This document shows, one piece after another, positions 51,629 through 64,000 of a DNA stretch of 64,000 bases. The first letter of the stretch is position 1, and each line of letters begins with the position of its first letter. The position numbers were made by a program, and so were the translations under genes. This stretch comes from Octopus vulgaris (taxonomy: Eukaryota): NCBI GenBank assembly GCA_951406725.2, contig OX597827.1, positions 4,464,001-4,528,000 on the forward strand, read 5' to 3'. The notes below the pieces were generated by a model that did not search any database, was not told where the DNA came from, and was given only the letters and a program-made list of their open reading frames with translations.

Positions 51629-52294
51629 GTGTTATGACTGTAACTTACTATCTGTATGATGAGTGTATATTGGTGGAGTTGAATAGGTCTAGGTCACCAA
51701 GTTCAGCGTGACAGGATACTTCTGAGACCTTTATTCATAGAGTTATTTATGCTTGGGAAAAAGTATGTAGGAGGTGGGTTGCGGATAATGCTTGCATTCA
51801 GAAATTCAATTTAGTATCATCTTAATTGAAGTGCATAAGATTAGAGATATATGTGCAGGTCAGTGAAAGACAGTATGGAAGATATAATTGTACCTTTGGG
51901 AAATCAGATTCTGATCAAATCAAGAGAGCTTTGCAGATGTCAAGCATCCTCCATGAGAAAACAGAATAGTTAGTAGACATTAAAAGGATTTAGATAATTT
52001 TCTGTAAAAGATATTGGCACTATGAGACCAATTTTAAATATATATTGATGTCAAATTTTGGCACAAGAACAGCAATTTCAGGTGGGGGGGGGGGTTACAT
52101 TGACCTCAGTGTTTAACTGGTACATAATTTATCAAATCCAAACGGATGAAAAGTAAAGTCAGCTCTGGCAGAATTTGAACACAGAACATATAAAGGCAGC
52201 TGAAATGTTACTAAGCATTTTACCTGGCCTGCAGACAATTCTGCAGTTTATCTCCTACAATATTGTAAACATATACTCTTTACTCTTTGCTCTT

Positions 52295-52698
52295 TTACTT
52301 GTTTCGGTCATTTGACTGCGGCCATGCTGGAGCACTGCCGTTTTTTTTTAGTCGAGCAAATCGACCACAGGACTTAATCTTTGCAAGCCTAGTACTTATT
52401 CTATCGATCTCTTTTGCCAAACTGCTAAGTTATGGGGACATAAACACACCACCATTGGTTGTTAAGCGATGCTCAGGGAACAAACACAGACACGCAAACA
52501 TACATACATATATATATATACACACACATGTATACGACGAGTTTCTTTCAGTTTCCGTCTACCAACTCCACTCACAAGGCTTTGGTCAGCCCGAGGCTAT
52601 AGTAGAAGACACTTGCCCAAGGTGCCATGCAGTGGGAATGAACCCAGAACCATGGGGTTGGTCAGCAAGCTACTTACCACACAGCCACTCCTGTGCCT
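52295..52698 (-). mobile_element. SINE family A
   Basis: Reverse complement of consensus. Confidence 0.9.
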
Positions 52699-52736
52699 AT
52701 CGACAACAAAAATATATCTCATCTTATGCATGCATG

Positions 52737-52798
<62 letters not shown>

Positions 52799-53851
52799 TT
52801 GCATGTGTGCATGTGCACATGTATGTGTTTGTGCAAGAAAAGAAAAATGACTTGCAACTATGTATGCATGTAAACAAACTCTCTCATACACAACATGGTG
52901 GATGCACACCACTTGTATTTGTACACATAAATGGTTACTATTTTAAGCATTCAATGAAATGTCTCTCACAATTAACTCAGTCACCAGCAGTAAATAATTT
53001 AATACGTGTGTATGCAAACACTCACACATATACACATACAGACACGCAGTCACACACATTCATTTTAGAGCTGATTCCATGGTATGTGGTGTAAACATCA
53101 GCACACATTTATATATGCATATATATGTATGTGTATATATATATATTATATTATATATTTGAATTATATTATATATTATATTATATATTGTTGAATGTAT
53201 ATTATATAGTCTTTGACTATCTTTTCTTTCTCACTAGACCGCTGGTAGCGGAGAATTTTTTCTAGAATTTTTTTGCTACCCTTATAATTAATTAATTATA
53301 TATATATATATATACCGAAAAAGTGAATTACAAGGATACGTCGTATGTGGATTCCCACTTGTAGAAAATAGAAATAAACAGTCTCCGACTGCTATTTCTA
53401 ACTTTTTCGGTATGTGGCTAAGCAACCCATTGCCTGCCCCTTTTATTTATATACAATATATATACACTGAACTTTATAGAAGTTCCTACCGTTAATGGTT
53501 ATATTTACATGCCGAAATCTAACAGTAAATAATTGTTGGTTTTTTGAAAAACCATCGAAGAAATTATTTACTCTTATTATTATTATATATATATATATAC
53601 ACACACATATATATACATGTACATATATATATATATGTATGTGTTTATGTGTATGTATATACCTTTACCTATTACTTGTTTCAGTTGTTAGAGTATGGCC
53701 ATGCTGAAGTACCACCTCAAGGAATTTTAGTACCAAAAGCCTCGTGCTTATTTTTCATTAAGCTTAGTCTCGTAGCCGCTGAACTGGTTAGTAATGGTGA
53801 CTTAAACATACCAACACACTTGTTGCCAAGCAAACACAAAGATACACATAC

Positions 53852-53892
<41 letters not shown>

Positions 53893-53896
<4 letters not shown>

Positions 53897-54205
53897 CGTG
53901 ATCGCCGTGACCGACCAGGCTATCAGATGTTGCTACACATCGCTGGTCACAATGCGCTTCACATTGTTTTAGCCTTCAAATGATGCCACCCCGCTGGCTA
54001 AGCAAGCAGGCCAACAGAAGAAAGAGTGGGAGAAAGAGTGGTGAAAGAGTACAGCAGGGATCGCCACCATCCCCATGCCGGAGCCTCGTGGAGCTTTATA
54101 GGTGTTTTCGCTCAATAAACACTCACAACACCCGGTCTGGGAATCGAAAATGCGATCCTACAACTGCGAGTCCGCTGCCCTAACCACTGGGCCATTGTGC
54201 CTCCA
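53893..54205 (-). mobile_element. SINE family E, tail type 2, inserted in (TA)n
   Basis: Head shared with 44933-45302; tail shared with 54763-55046. Confidence 0.88.
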
Positions 54206-54220
54206 TATATATATATATAT

Positions 54221-54553
54221 AAGGTAAAAAGTAAGAGTCAAAAGGAAGAGTAAGTATGGTTAGGCAGCTTTTTAATCGCTACAGATGTTTCGATACATGC
54301 AGATCCTCATATATACAGGATTTAAAGTTAAATTTAAATTTAATTGTGTAAAGATTTACCTGTATAGGAAGATCTATATGTATCCCAACACATGACAGAT
54401 TTTCTTATACAGATAAATCATTACATAATTTAATTTAAGCTTAACTTTAAATCCTGTATATACAAGGATCTGTAGGTATCAAAACATTTGTAGTGATTAA
54501 AAAGCTCCCTAACCATACTTACTCCTCCTTTTGACTCTTTTACTTTTTACTTT
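54221..54553. repeat. Long imperfect palindrome (~155-bp arms, ~21-nt spacer)
   Basis: 54221-54375 is the reverse complement of 54397-54553 with scattered mismatches. Confidence 0.9.
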
Positions 54554-54679
54554 TTATTTTCACACACGAGGAATACCTAAGACTAGAATTGGTAGCATAC
54601 CATCAGAATTGTACCGGCTATTTGGGAATTCTGAGCTCTATTTGTACTCTTATATGTTCTTAACAGAACATACCTCAAC

Positions 54680-54762
<83 letters not shown>

Positions 54763-54767
<5 letters not shown>

Positions 54768-55044
54768 CGTGATTGACCAGGCTATCAGATGTTGCTACAC
54801 ATCGCTGGTCACAATACGCTTTGCATTGTTTTAGCCTTCAAGTGACGCCACCTCACTGGTTAAGCGAGCAGGCCTACAGGAGAAAGAGTGAGAGAAAGGT
54901 GTGGTGAAAGAGTACAGCAGGGTTCGCCACCACCCACTGCCGGAGCCTCGTGGACCTTTAGGTGCTTTCGCTCAATAAACACTCACAACGTCCGGTCTGG
55001 GAATCAAAACCGCGATCCTACGACCACGAGTCCGCTGCCCTAAC

Positions 55045-55046
<2 letters not shown>
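54763..55046 (-). mobile_element. SINE family E, tail type 2
   Basis: Close match to 53893-54205. Confidence 0.88.
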
Positions 55047-55075
<29 letters not shown>

Positions 55076-55625
55076 TACAAATGAAAGAAAAAGAAAATGG
55101 ATTTCACGAGATTCTCCTTTATTAATCACAATTATTTTGACCCATCTTGCATTGGCCTCTCACAGGTGAGTTACTGTATATCCTTCGGTGCAAATGTGTC
55201 TCATTAGGTGACTTTTCAAAAGGTACCTTGCTTAATAAACTCATTTTCACTTGCTTCAATTATAATGCTTGTCATTATTTGCCAGTAGCTGGTTGCATTA
55301 TAATTGATATTTTTTTGTTTTTAGTCAAGCTACAGTCTGCCTACTTTTCCTGTCTTCAGGCCACATCACTTGTTAGCATGTTCTGTGATGTAGTGAACTG
55401 CCATGTAATTTCTGATGGAGGGATGGGAGAAGGATGAACTCCATAAGTGTATTACTAGAAAATTCTCATATCAGACATATTTAAAGGTTTTGCTGATATC
55501 CAAAGCAACAGATTTGATATCAATTAAATTTTCAATAGGAAGTGATTATTAATGCACAATGTAAGAAAAGCTAAGCGAATTTCCATTGTGTCTGACTCTA
55601 TGGAAAGAGTATTATGAATTTATAT

Positions 55626-55838
55626 TTAATCTTTTTGCATTCAGATTTCTCTGTCAAATGTAATACGTATTCTTTCAGATAGCTTTGAATTAATTATTCA
55701 TTATCTTGTAGCTCTGAGATCTTAATGATGTGACTGTATATTCTTACAATGACATGTGGGAGAGGATAGATCCGGTCAGTTTGAACATAAAACATGTAGA
55801 AAATTTGGGGCCCGGATATGGTCGATTTAAAGGGTTAA
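55626..55838. mobile_element. piggyBac-type MITE
   Basis: Reverse-complement relative of 1122-1349; TTAA ends. Confidence 0.7.
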
Positions 55839-57889
55839 AAACAGGAAATGAGAATAAAGGTACACTCGCAAGGCTTTGATCAGCCTGAGGCTATAGTAGA
55901 AGACACTTGCCCAAGGTGTCATGCACTGGAACTGAACCCAAAACTATGTGGTTGGGAAGCAAGCTTTGTTTCTGCACAGCCACACCTGTGCCTCAATGAA
56001 AACTATGAAATGACAATTTCTTTAACACTCCTACAATGTGTTGGACATTGTGACATTACAGGAATCGATTACAAAAGGTGTGGATGTTTAAATGAAGCCT
56101 TCTTACTGCATGGGCACACTACTAGTCAGCTGATTGGAGTCCCCATAAATCTATGTATGCTGTTGGGTTACAGGTAAAACAAATATTATGGGCCTCACTG
56201 CATTAATTAGCTCAGAGGCTTATAGTGATGTTAAGACACCCTTGGGTTTATACTAAAATGAAAATGCAGAATGAGTATATAGTGTGTAAATAAGTAACAG
56301 AATTTCCAGAGAAGAAGGTCCATTACCAAGGTCCAGAGTAGAAGATCATCACCTCAGTCCAGTCAAAGAAGAACTTCACAGATCCAGAATTATTCTGACA
56401 CACAATGGCAACTGATTTCTCCTAAATATCATTTTCTGAGTATCTGTCACAGAAAACTCTTTTTCCAGACACGGCTACAGTCCACATGGTAATCAATTAC
56501 AAAGAAGTATAATGTAGAGTGTCCATGTAACAGAAAATTGTGATGTCCTGGTGATCTGTTGAACTATCTTTCTTTATTTGCGTTAATTTGTGAATATATA
56601 AATGTATTGTATAATGCTGAGTATACATGTTAATGCAAACATGTATGCATAATTTCTTCCATTCCACATGAAGAAGATTGTGAAACAGCTGTAATCTTAT
56701 GGAACTCATGTGGTTAAATAAATATATATTCATCTGACATACCTTGTGATTTTATGGTTTTACACACACAATTAAATTCAAATCACGACTTTGTGTTTTT
56801 ATTCCATTCCTGAGAGCAGACCCATTCACTCCCTCCAACCATTCCATAAATTGACTGGAAGGCAGCAATTCCTTCCCTATCCTCAGCATCCCTTGGGATG
56901 TGAGGCTACATTATTGGACTTGAACAAACACTTTACTAGACTTATAATAATAGCAATGAAGAGGAGATCTCACATCCCATTACAACTTTGTCTGAAACCT
57001 AAAAAGGTTGTGGAGGGCTTGGCAAAAGAGGAACATGTATACTTTCAGTCATACACTCTATGTCTTTGCTATATGATCCAATTTATCGGTTGTTGTTTAA
57101 CTCAAGATTAACCATGCTTGAGCAACCCACAGAAAATCACGTCTGTGAACAAACTACATGTAGTAAAACAAACCTAAATGATTGCTTGACTACTGAAAAT
57201 AGCAGCCAACTCATTTCATTGTTTTAAATAAAGGACACATAAATGGACCTGGGTGAAAACAACCTGAAGTCACTTGTTTATTTGCAAAAGCAAACTGTTA
57301 AAAAAAAACCAGATTTATAAAGTAATGTCAAGGTAAACAACAACCGTCCACAATTGTTATCGAACTACCAAAGATCAGATTCACCCACTGCATTAGATTT
57401 TTAATTCATTTATTTTCCAAAGATTGTTTCCCCTACATTTCCTGACAAGAGTTAGTTGTTAAGATAATTGTCAGTTTTACGATGCAGAAATGTACAGTGA
57501 TCCCTCATTTTTGTTAATGTTGGGTTACCATAGTTCTTAGAAATCTGATTCAACAATCCTTGTAAAATGATATCAAGTGTCTCTAAGTCATGTTTCATAG
57601 GTAAACAACACCTGGATTTTTCTACTGACATTTCACTGTTCTTCAATCACTTAAGGTGTTGATCATTCCTATTAATGTTTTAACAAATAAGAAAAGGTTA
57701 TGGCATTAGGAATTTCATTTGCAATAAACAGACTGACACACTTCTCAATAAACAACCTCATCAACATACCCCGTTTTTGCTATAGTTGACAGTTCATCTG
57801 CTTGGTTACACTGAAGTCTTTTATAAACTGTGATTAGTACTCAAAAGAAGTATTCTTGGTGAAAGTTTTCTCTCTTCACTAAATTTTAT

Positions 57890-58110
57890 AAATATTGGTT
57901 TCATATTTTGACACAAAGTCAGCAGTTTGTGGGGAGGGGTAAGCCGATTACATTGACTCTTGTGCTTAACTAGTACTTTTTTTATCGACCCTGAAAAGAT
58001 GAAAGGCAAAGGTGGCCATGGTGGAATCTGAACTCAGAACATAAAGATGGATGAAATGCTGCCAAGCATTTTGCTGGGCATGCTAACGATTCTGCCACCT
58101 CATTGCCTTA
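57890..58110 (-). mobile_element. SINE family B
   Basis: Reverse complement of consensus. Confidence 0.82.
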
Positions 58111-58759
58111 AATTTTATAAATATTGATCATTGATGAGTATTAAAATATATCGGGCCCCTACATTAAATATGTTAACTATTTTTATGGCTACAACATTTT
58201 CAGTTTCAATTTTGTACTATTTAATGTAATATTATTGTAAGAAAAATGTTCAAGTAGGAAAAATAAAATACAATGACATTTTAGCAATATTTTTTTTCTT
58301 CTTTCAGATAATTATATAATTGAGTTTAGTTACAGTGATGTAAGTCTAATGGCTGAGAGGACATCCTTCTTCTAATCCAGTCATTATCATACAACAGACA
58401 GTTTATTTCTTTATATAATTATATTATTTAGTTAAGTTTCATAAAAAGGATGGGGAGAAAAACATTTTAAAAAATTGATGCAAGAATTATCTTATTGATT
58501 TATAAATATTATGTATATTGTGAGATTGTGGTTCATCACAATCCTGTACAGAATCACTCAACTTTTACTTTAAAGGTAAACAAATAGAATAATTAATAAA
58601 AATGACAAGGTAAAAAAATTGCTAAATTGAATTTTTTGTTAGAGACACCTGACCATCAGCTTCAATACAAAACCAAGCAAACAAATGACCTGTAAGAAAT
58701 AGAAGTGAAATCTCTCCTCAAATCAGCTTTAAAGGTTCAAGTAACACATTCACACATTA

Positions 58760-58940
58760 TTATCATCATCATCGTTTAACGTCCGTTTTCCATGCTAGCA
58801 TGGGTTGGACGGTTTGACCGGGGTCTGGGAAGCTGGGAGGCTGTGCCAGGGTCCAGTCTGATCTGCCAGTGTTTCTACAGATGGATGCCTTTCATAATAC
58901 CAACCACTCCGTGAGTGTAGTGGGTGCTTTTTACATGTCA
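58760..58940 (-). mobile_element. Family D element (body, tail and one head remnant)
   Basis: catcgtttaacgtccgttttccatgctagca..accactccgtgagtgtagtgggtgctttttac. Confidence 0.85.
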
Positions 58941-59154
58941 ACGCACACTATATATATATGTATGTATGTATGCATGTATGTAGGTATGTATGTATAAATA
59001 TGTATATACACACATGGCTGGCTTCTACACAGTTTCCATCTACCAAATTCACTCAAACCATTGGTTGGACCAGGGATATATATATATATACATATGTATA
59101 TGATGGATTCTCTCATCATGAACGACAAATGAATGTTCAGTAATAATACAGAGT

Positions 59155-59640
59155 AGTGATGATGCTCTATGGACACGAGTGTGTCTCTTGAGGCCTGCTG
59201 GAGCTTTACAAACCTTTTGGCAAATGGAACAAGTTGAGGACTCATTTTATGTGAGTGTTTACACATCTTTTGCTATGTGTTTTCTTGAGTGGACAGCAAG
59301 GCTTGCTTTGCTGCATGCCACAAAACAACAACGACAGGTAAGGTTTTCATTTAGAGAAGCAGAGTTTTGCCAGCATCCTTTCATGTTTACAAGAAGTTGG
59401 TGCCAATGTTGGAACTGAGGAGAAGCATGACTGGTGCCAGGTCCTCTGTTCTGATGCTTTGCTTTTCCAGTATGCAATGAGAATGTTGCATCACTTCAGA
59501 TTGCTTTTTTTAGTTTGTCTTTGAAGTGCAAGGGTGGCCTTCCAACTGATCTTCTTGTTGGGAAGTGGTGAAAGGGAAGCTGCTTCAGAATTCTGATATC
59601 GTTCATACATGAGAGATGACCTGACTATCTAAGCCGTCTA
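59155..59640 (-). pseudogene. RTE-clade LINE 3' end, decayed
   Basis: MNDIRILKQL..RRSVGRPPLHFKDKLK..CSICQKVCKAPAGLKRHTRVH (C-terminal C2H2-like motif). Confidence 0.75.
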
Positions 59641-59816
59641 AGCTATTTTCTATTTCTATTTCTATGTCTTGTTATATTTGTAATATATTATGTATAATGT
59701 CATTGCTGTTGTGTAATGGTTTAATAAAGTATTGATTGGGTATTATCTGATGGTTGATGATTGATTTAGGTATGTTTCTCCATTTTCTCATTTTGTGTAT
59801 ATATATATATATATAT

Positions 59817-60016
59817 TACGGAGATGTACTTGCATAGCAAGTGATTTGATCTGAGTTCGTGTGCTGGAACGAAAACAATTGCAGCGTGGAAGGTGTTTGT
59901 AAGCCATTTAAGAAACACACAAAAGCCGTTCGATTCACTTCAACATTTAAGTTTAATTTGTCAAAATATTTTCGTCGCTATAAGACCGCGACCTGTTCAC
60001 TGACAAAAATCCGTGC

Positions 60017-60020
<4 letters not shown>
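59817..60020 (-). mobile_element. ~200-bp CpG-rich element in a (TA)n tract; probable solo Penelope-type pLTR or retrozyme-like unit
   Basis: Sharp boundaries with TA runs on both sides; contains a hammerhead motif followed by attaaa. Confidence 0.6.
59957..60007 (-). ncRNA. Type I hammerhead ribozyme motif with G3:C8 core variant
   Basis: Minus strand: TTTGTCA GTGAACA G GTCGC(ggtcttata)GCGAC GAA AATATT T TGACAAA; 7-bp stem I, 5-bp stem II, palindromic stem III. Confidence 0.72.
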
Positions 60021-60080
<60 letters not shown>

Positions 60081-60904
60081 TATACATATATTTACACACA
60101 TACATATATTTATATATATATATATAAACATACATACATACACATACATATATATAAATATACATACACAGATTATATATATATATACATAACTTCGTTA
60201 GCAAAGATGTGGTAATGAAGTATTCGATACCTATTTGAATAAAACAGTGACCTACATTCACTAGCATAGCTAGGGGAAGGGCAGTTGGGGCGGATTCACC
60301 TGAGGATCACGTACAAGTGCAAGTAAACGACAAAACATGGTTATCAGCAACTGTCAAAGACAAAAGGGATAAGACGAGACAGATGGAAAGAAATACTGGA
60401 GAAATCCACGACACTTTTGTCAATCGAAAGAGTCTGACAATCAATTCAAAGAACAGCAGCATCGGTCTCATGAATTGTACTGTGAAGGACCAACTGAACC
60501 TGACCCTGTTGAGCAGCCGACCCCAAATAAGCTGTTGTTTCCATGCTAGCATGGAAAACGGACGTTAAACGATGACGATGATGATGATGATGGTGGTGGT
60601 GTAACATAGTGAGTTACTTCCCTTGAACTTTAATAGTACTTATTTGTCCCAGTGCAGCGGTGATTAGAGTGGACGAAGAATCGCGTCAAAGTGATTGTTT
60701 CATACTCTGTAAATTGGGTGGAATTTGTGCTTAAGGTTTATGGAGCATCTGCCTATCCTGGCAATTCAAATAAAATTTTAGGAAAGTTGCAGTTTTGTAT
60801 TGGGAACTAATTTGGTGTTTATTGATTTGAACTGCATTTCGTATTTAATGTTGAGCTTGCATAACAGAACTATTACTGTATTCGATGGCTTATGGGGCGC
60901 ACAA

Positions 60905-61275
60905 TTATAATAATAATAATAAAACATTGTGTACAGGGCTCAGGTGCACTACAACTCATCTAAAGTATATGTATAGTACATAGGGTAATGTACAAGCGTC
61001 AGGAAAAGAACAGTGCATGAGTCATGACATACACGTATGAGTATGGAAGGGGGACAATCAGGTGTAGTTTCGGTGGATTTCGGAAAGCATGAGGGCCTTA
61101 AAGGATGCAGTGTCATGGCAGTCAACAACTGACGCAGGCAGTTTGTTCCATGCTTCAGCAACTCTGAGTGTGAAAAAATGTTTTCGAAAGTCATGGGAGC
61201 TGTGCTGTTTTCTGACTTTGTAGACATGTCCACGTGTGTTGGACACATGGAGATCAAAAAGGGTGTTCAGTGTTG
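60905..61275 (-). mobile_element. CR1-group LINE 3' end
   Basis: NTRGHVYKVRKQHSSHDFRKHFFTLRVAEAWNKLP; (ATT)n tail. Confidence 0.9.
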
Positions 61276-62090
61276 TTGTTGGTGATGTCACAAAAAAGAA
61301 GAAAAAATGGAAAGTCATCTTGAGTCCTATATGTGAAGTTGCTTTAAATATAACATGCTTTAATGTTTAGCAGGGAGACCAAACTGATAGTCTGGTAACC
61401 CGCTAAAATAAACATTAAAAATGGGAAGGAGAAAATAAATGAGTTTGCAAGTTTAACTCAGTGTTTATTGAACAAGAGAGGCGTGAAATTTAAGAAGCGA
61501 CTTGTTAGAATATTCATGTCTGTTAGGAGACATGGACAAGAATAGCAAAAATCTGCCATACCAAAAGAACTGGTAAAACATACATTACAAGTGTTCCATG
61601 AAGAGAACATAAGACTGCTGCATAATTCAACATGAATGTGAATCGACATTAAACATCGTATAAGGTAAATGAAGGTTTCTGAGGGGAAGCTAAAAATCAT
61701 ATTCATTAAGTGAGGATGAATTATGTCGTCGGCGATAGATGCAGTAAGAGCTGGTAGCAATATCGGAGGTGATGGATTTCATTATGTTGTAACGTGGAGA
61801 AGGCGAGCATTAGCTTCCCGGTGCCAACGCAAGCTAGACTTCCAAGTCTAGAAAATAAGAATGGACAACAGGTGTCTGTCGCGTGATATATAGGGAAAGA
61901 GATGGAAGGATGTGGCAGGAGAGTTGAGAATGAGTGACTCTTCTTGATTGTAAGCCATAGAAGTAAGGCAAGGCTTCAGTGGTGGACCGGGGCTTGCAGG
62001 GTCGAAGCTGAACCCGGTTCCCACTCCACTGTATTGTCCCATTGTTTTGTGTTTTCATCCGTTTTGTGTAATAATTTTTATAATATTATC

Positions 62091-62474
62091 ATGGTAAGTA
62101 GCTTGCTAACCAACCACATGGTTCCGGGTTCAGTCCCACTGCGTGGCATGTTGGGCAAGTGTCTTCTGCTATAGCCCTGGGCCGACCAATGCCTTGTGAG
62201 TGGATTTGGTAGACGGAAACTAAAAGAAGCCTGTCGTATATGTGTATACATATATACATATTTGTATGTGTTTGTGTGCCTGTGTTTGTCCCCCTAGCAT
62301 TGCTTGACAACCGATGCTGGTGTATTTACGTCCCTGTCACCTAGTGGTTCGGCAAAAGAGACCGATAGAATAAGTACTGGGCTTACAAAAGAATAAGACC
62401 CAGGGTCGATTTGCTCGACTAAAGGTGGTGCTCCAGCATGGCTGCAGTCAAATGACTGAAACAAGTAAAAGAGT
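62091..62474 (+). mobile_element. SINE family A, slightly 5'-truncated
   Basis: Consensus match. Confidence 0.9.
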
Positions 62475-64000
62475 AATGTAATAATCATTCGTGACCCCAC
62501 TGTGTATTTGTATTGACCCCTTCTGTGTTGGCCTCTGGTAGGCAATAAAGAAAGTCATATGTGCTTTTGCCATTCCATTCTGCTACAAATGTTCTAAAAA
62601 CTCTTCTTTCTGAAAACGCACTGCTGAGATTGGAGTGTGTCTAGTATGCCTGTGCATCTTTTATGCCATCAAATACAGTGTCCCTTAATATGCTAACGTG
62701 TGGAACTAAGGTTGCGGGTTTGATTTCTGGACCAGGTTGTATTGTGTTCTTGAACAATGCACTCCATTTAACATTGTTCCAGTTTACTCAGTTAATGCAC
62801 TCCTCTTGGATAATCACATCCTGGTCTCCCACTAGAGCTAGGGGAAGACCAGCCGAGAAAGTATGGTACACCTTACCAAGCTATACTGGCTTGTGGGTGA
62901 CGGCTATGGTTCTATTTTCCGATACTTGTTAATTTTATTGTTTCTGTTTAACTCTAAGCCAACCTCGCTTGAACAGACCAATGATAATTTTCATAATTTT
63001 CGTGCTTATGGGATTACATTATTTATGTATCTATTTAAATCGGTTGGGTATGATTCTGAGGAAGATTTGGTGGAGAAATAGTTGTTTAGCCACAGTTCAG
63101 TCTTTACTGTGTAAACTTATAACCAAAAGCATTTCAAACATGACCGCTCCGATTTGTATTCTGAGAGATTTGTATTCTCATGACTATATTACCAAAAGTG
63201 TTTCCCATCTTTTTAGTTTTTGTGGGGGCTCTAAGGTGTGTTATGAGAGATAGATCTGTTCGAAAGACCACGTAAAAGCTAACCCCTAGGCGGGGAAGTT
63301 GCTAGAAAGAGTAGAAGTGCTTAATAAATGTCACACAATTCTGTACTATGAGTTCAAATCTCACTGGAATCGACTTTTCACTAATTCTTTCTGAGGTCGA
63401 TAAAATCAATATATCAAATATACAACAGAAGCGATGCATCAAATTTATCCATCAACTACAATTTCGTAGCTTTGTAACCGTGTACTGATCGATATAAGTA
63501 ATGATTACACTTCGTATAAGTTGCTGATTTGATCAAGTAGACGTATATAATTAAAAGCTTTTCAGCCATGACCACCCAGTCTTTTTAAGAAAATATAAGG
63601 TTACATTTTGTGATATGGTCTTTCGGTACTACTTTAGAGTGCCGTTTACTGTAGTATCCATAGTCTATGCTGTGAAATAGCTTTATTTATGTTAGGTTTA
63701 ATATTATGGCTGGGTTAGTCTGCATGCTAAAGTGCAAATGACCAGGTGGACCATACGCTAAAGTGGTACCATTCATTCTTTATCTAAGATGGAAGGGTAT
63801 GATTTGGTCGCTGTTTTTAGCAAATCAACTGCACTTATAGAGATACATTTTTCTAAGTACCTAGTAGAGCAACATTCCATTAAATATCAATTGTTTCTAA
63901 CGCAGACACGGCCAGGATTTAGCAGGAAGAGGGTCATTGATTAAATCCACATCAGTACTTTTGCAGTACTCGATCGGTATTTTATTTTATCGAAACAAGT

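Noticed and set aside
60293-60350. CTGAGGA..CAAAAC ATG GTT hammerhead-like arrangement
   Set aside because: G12 missing and stem I does not pair.
61500-61640. Possible Gypsy integrase zinc-finger fragment (AIPKELVKHTLQVFHE)
   Set aside because: Too short and without supporting downstream motifs.

Overview
AT-rich, gene-poor eukaryotic genomic DNA, most likely octopus (coleoid cephalopod); this is inferred from the density of microsatellites and of tRNA-derived SINEs resembling the octopus OK/OR families. No intact protein-coding gene can be supported, and nearly all listed ORFs are microsatellite or SINE read-throughs. The window is a mosaic of at least five SINE-like families, decayed LINE fragments (RTE, CR1, R4/Dong-like), a Penelope-like element remnant (RT C-terminus plus GIY-YIG), MITEs (piggyBac-, hAT- and Tc1/mariner-type), a Helitron-like end, and mini/microsatellites. 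The most notable signals are two apparently complete type I hammerhead ribozyme motifs on the minus strand. The one at 59957-60007 carries a G3:C8 swapped core; the one at 28617-28675 is overlapped by a competing hairpin. Several decayed relatives are also present. Other notable features are a SINE-like element whose 5' head is a variable tandem array, a ~143-bp target-site-like duplication, a ~330-bp palindrome and a weak candidate first exon near 39.6-40.3 kb. Repeat boundaries were read by eye and are approximate; family labels A-G are my own.
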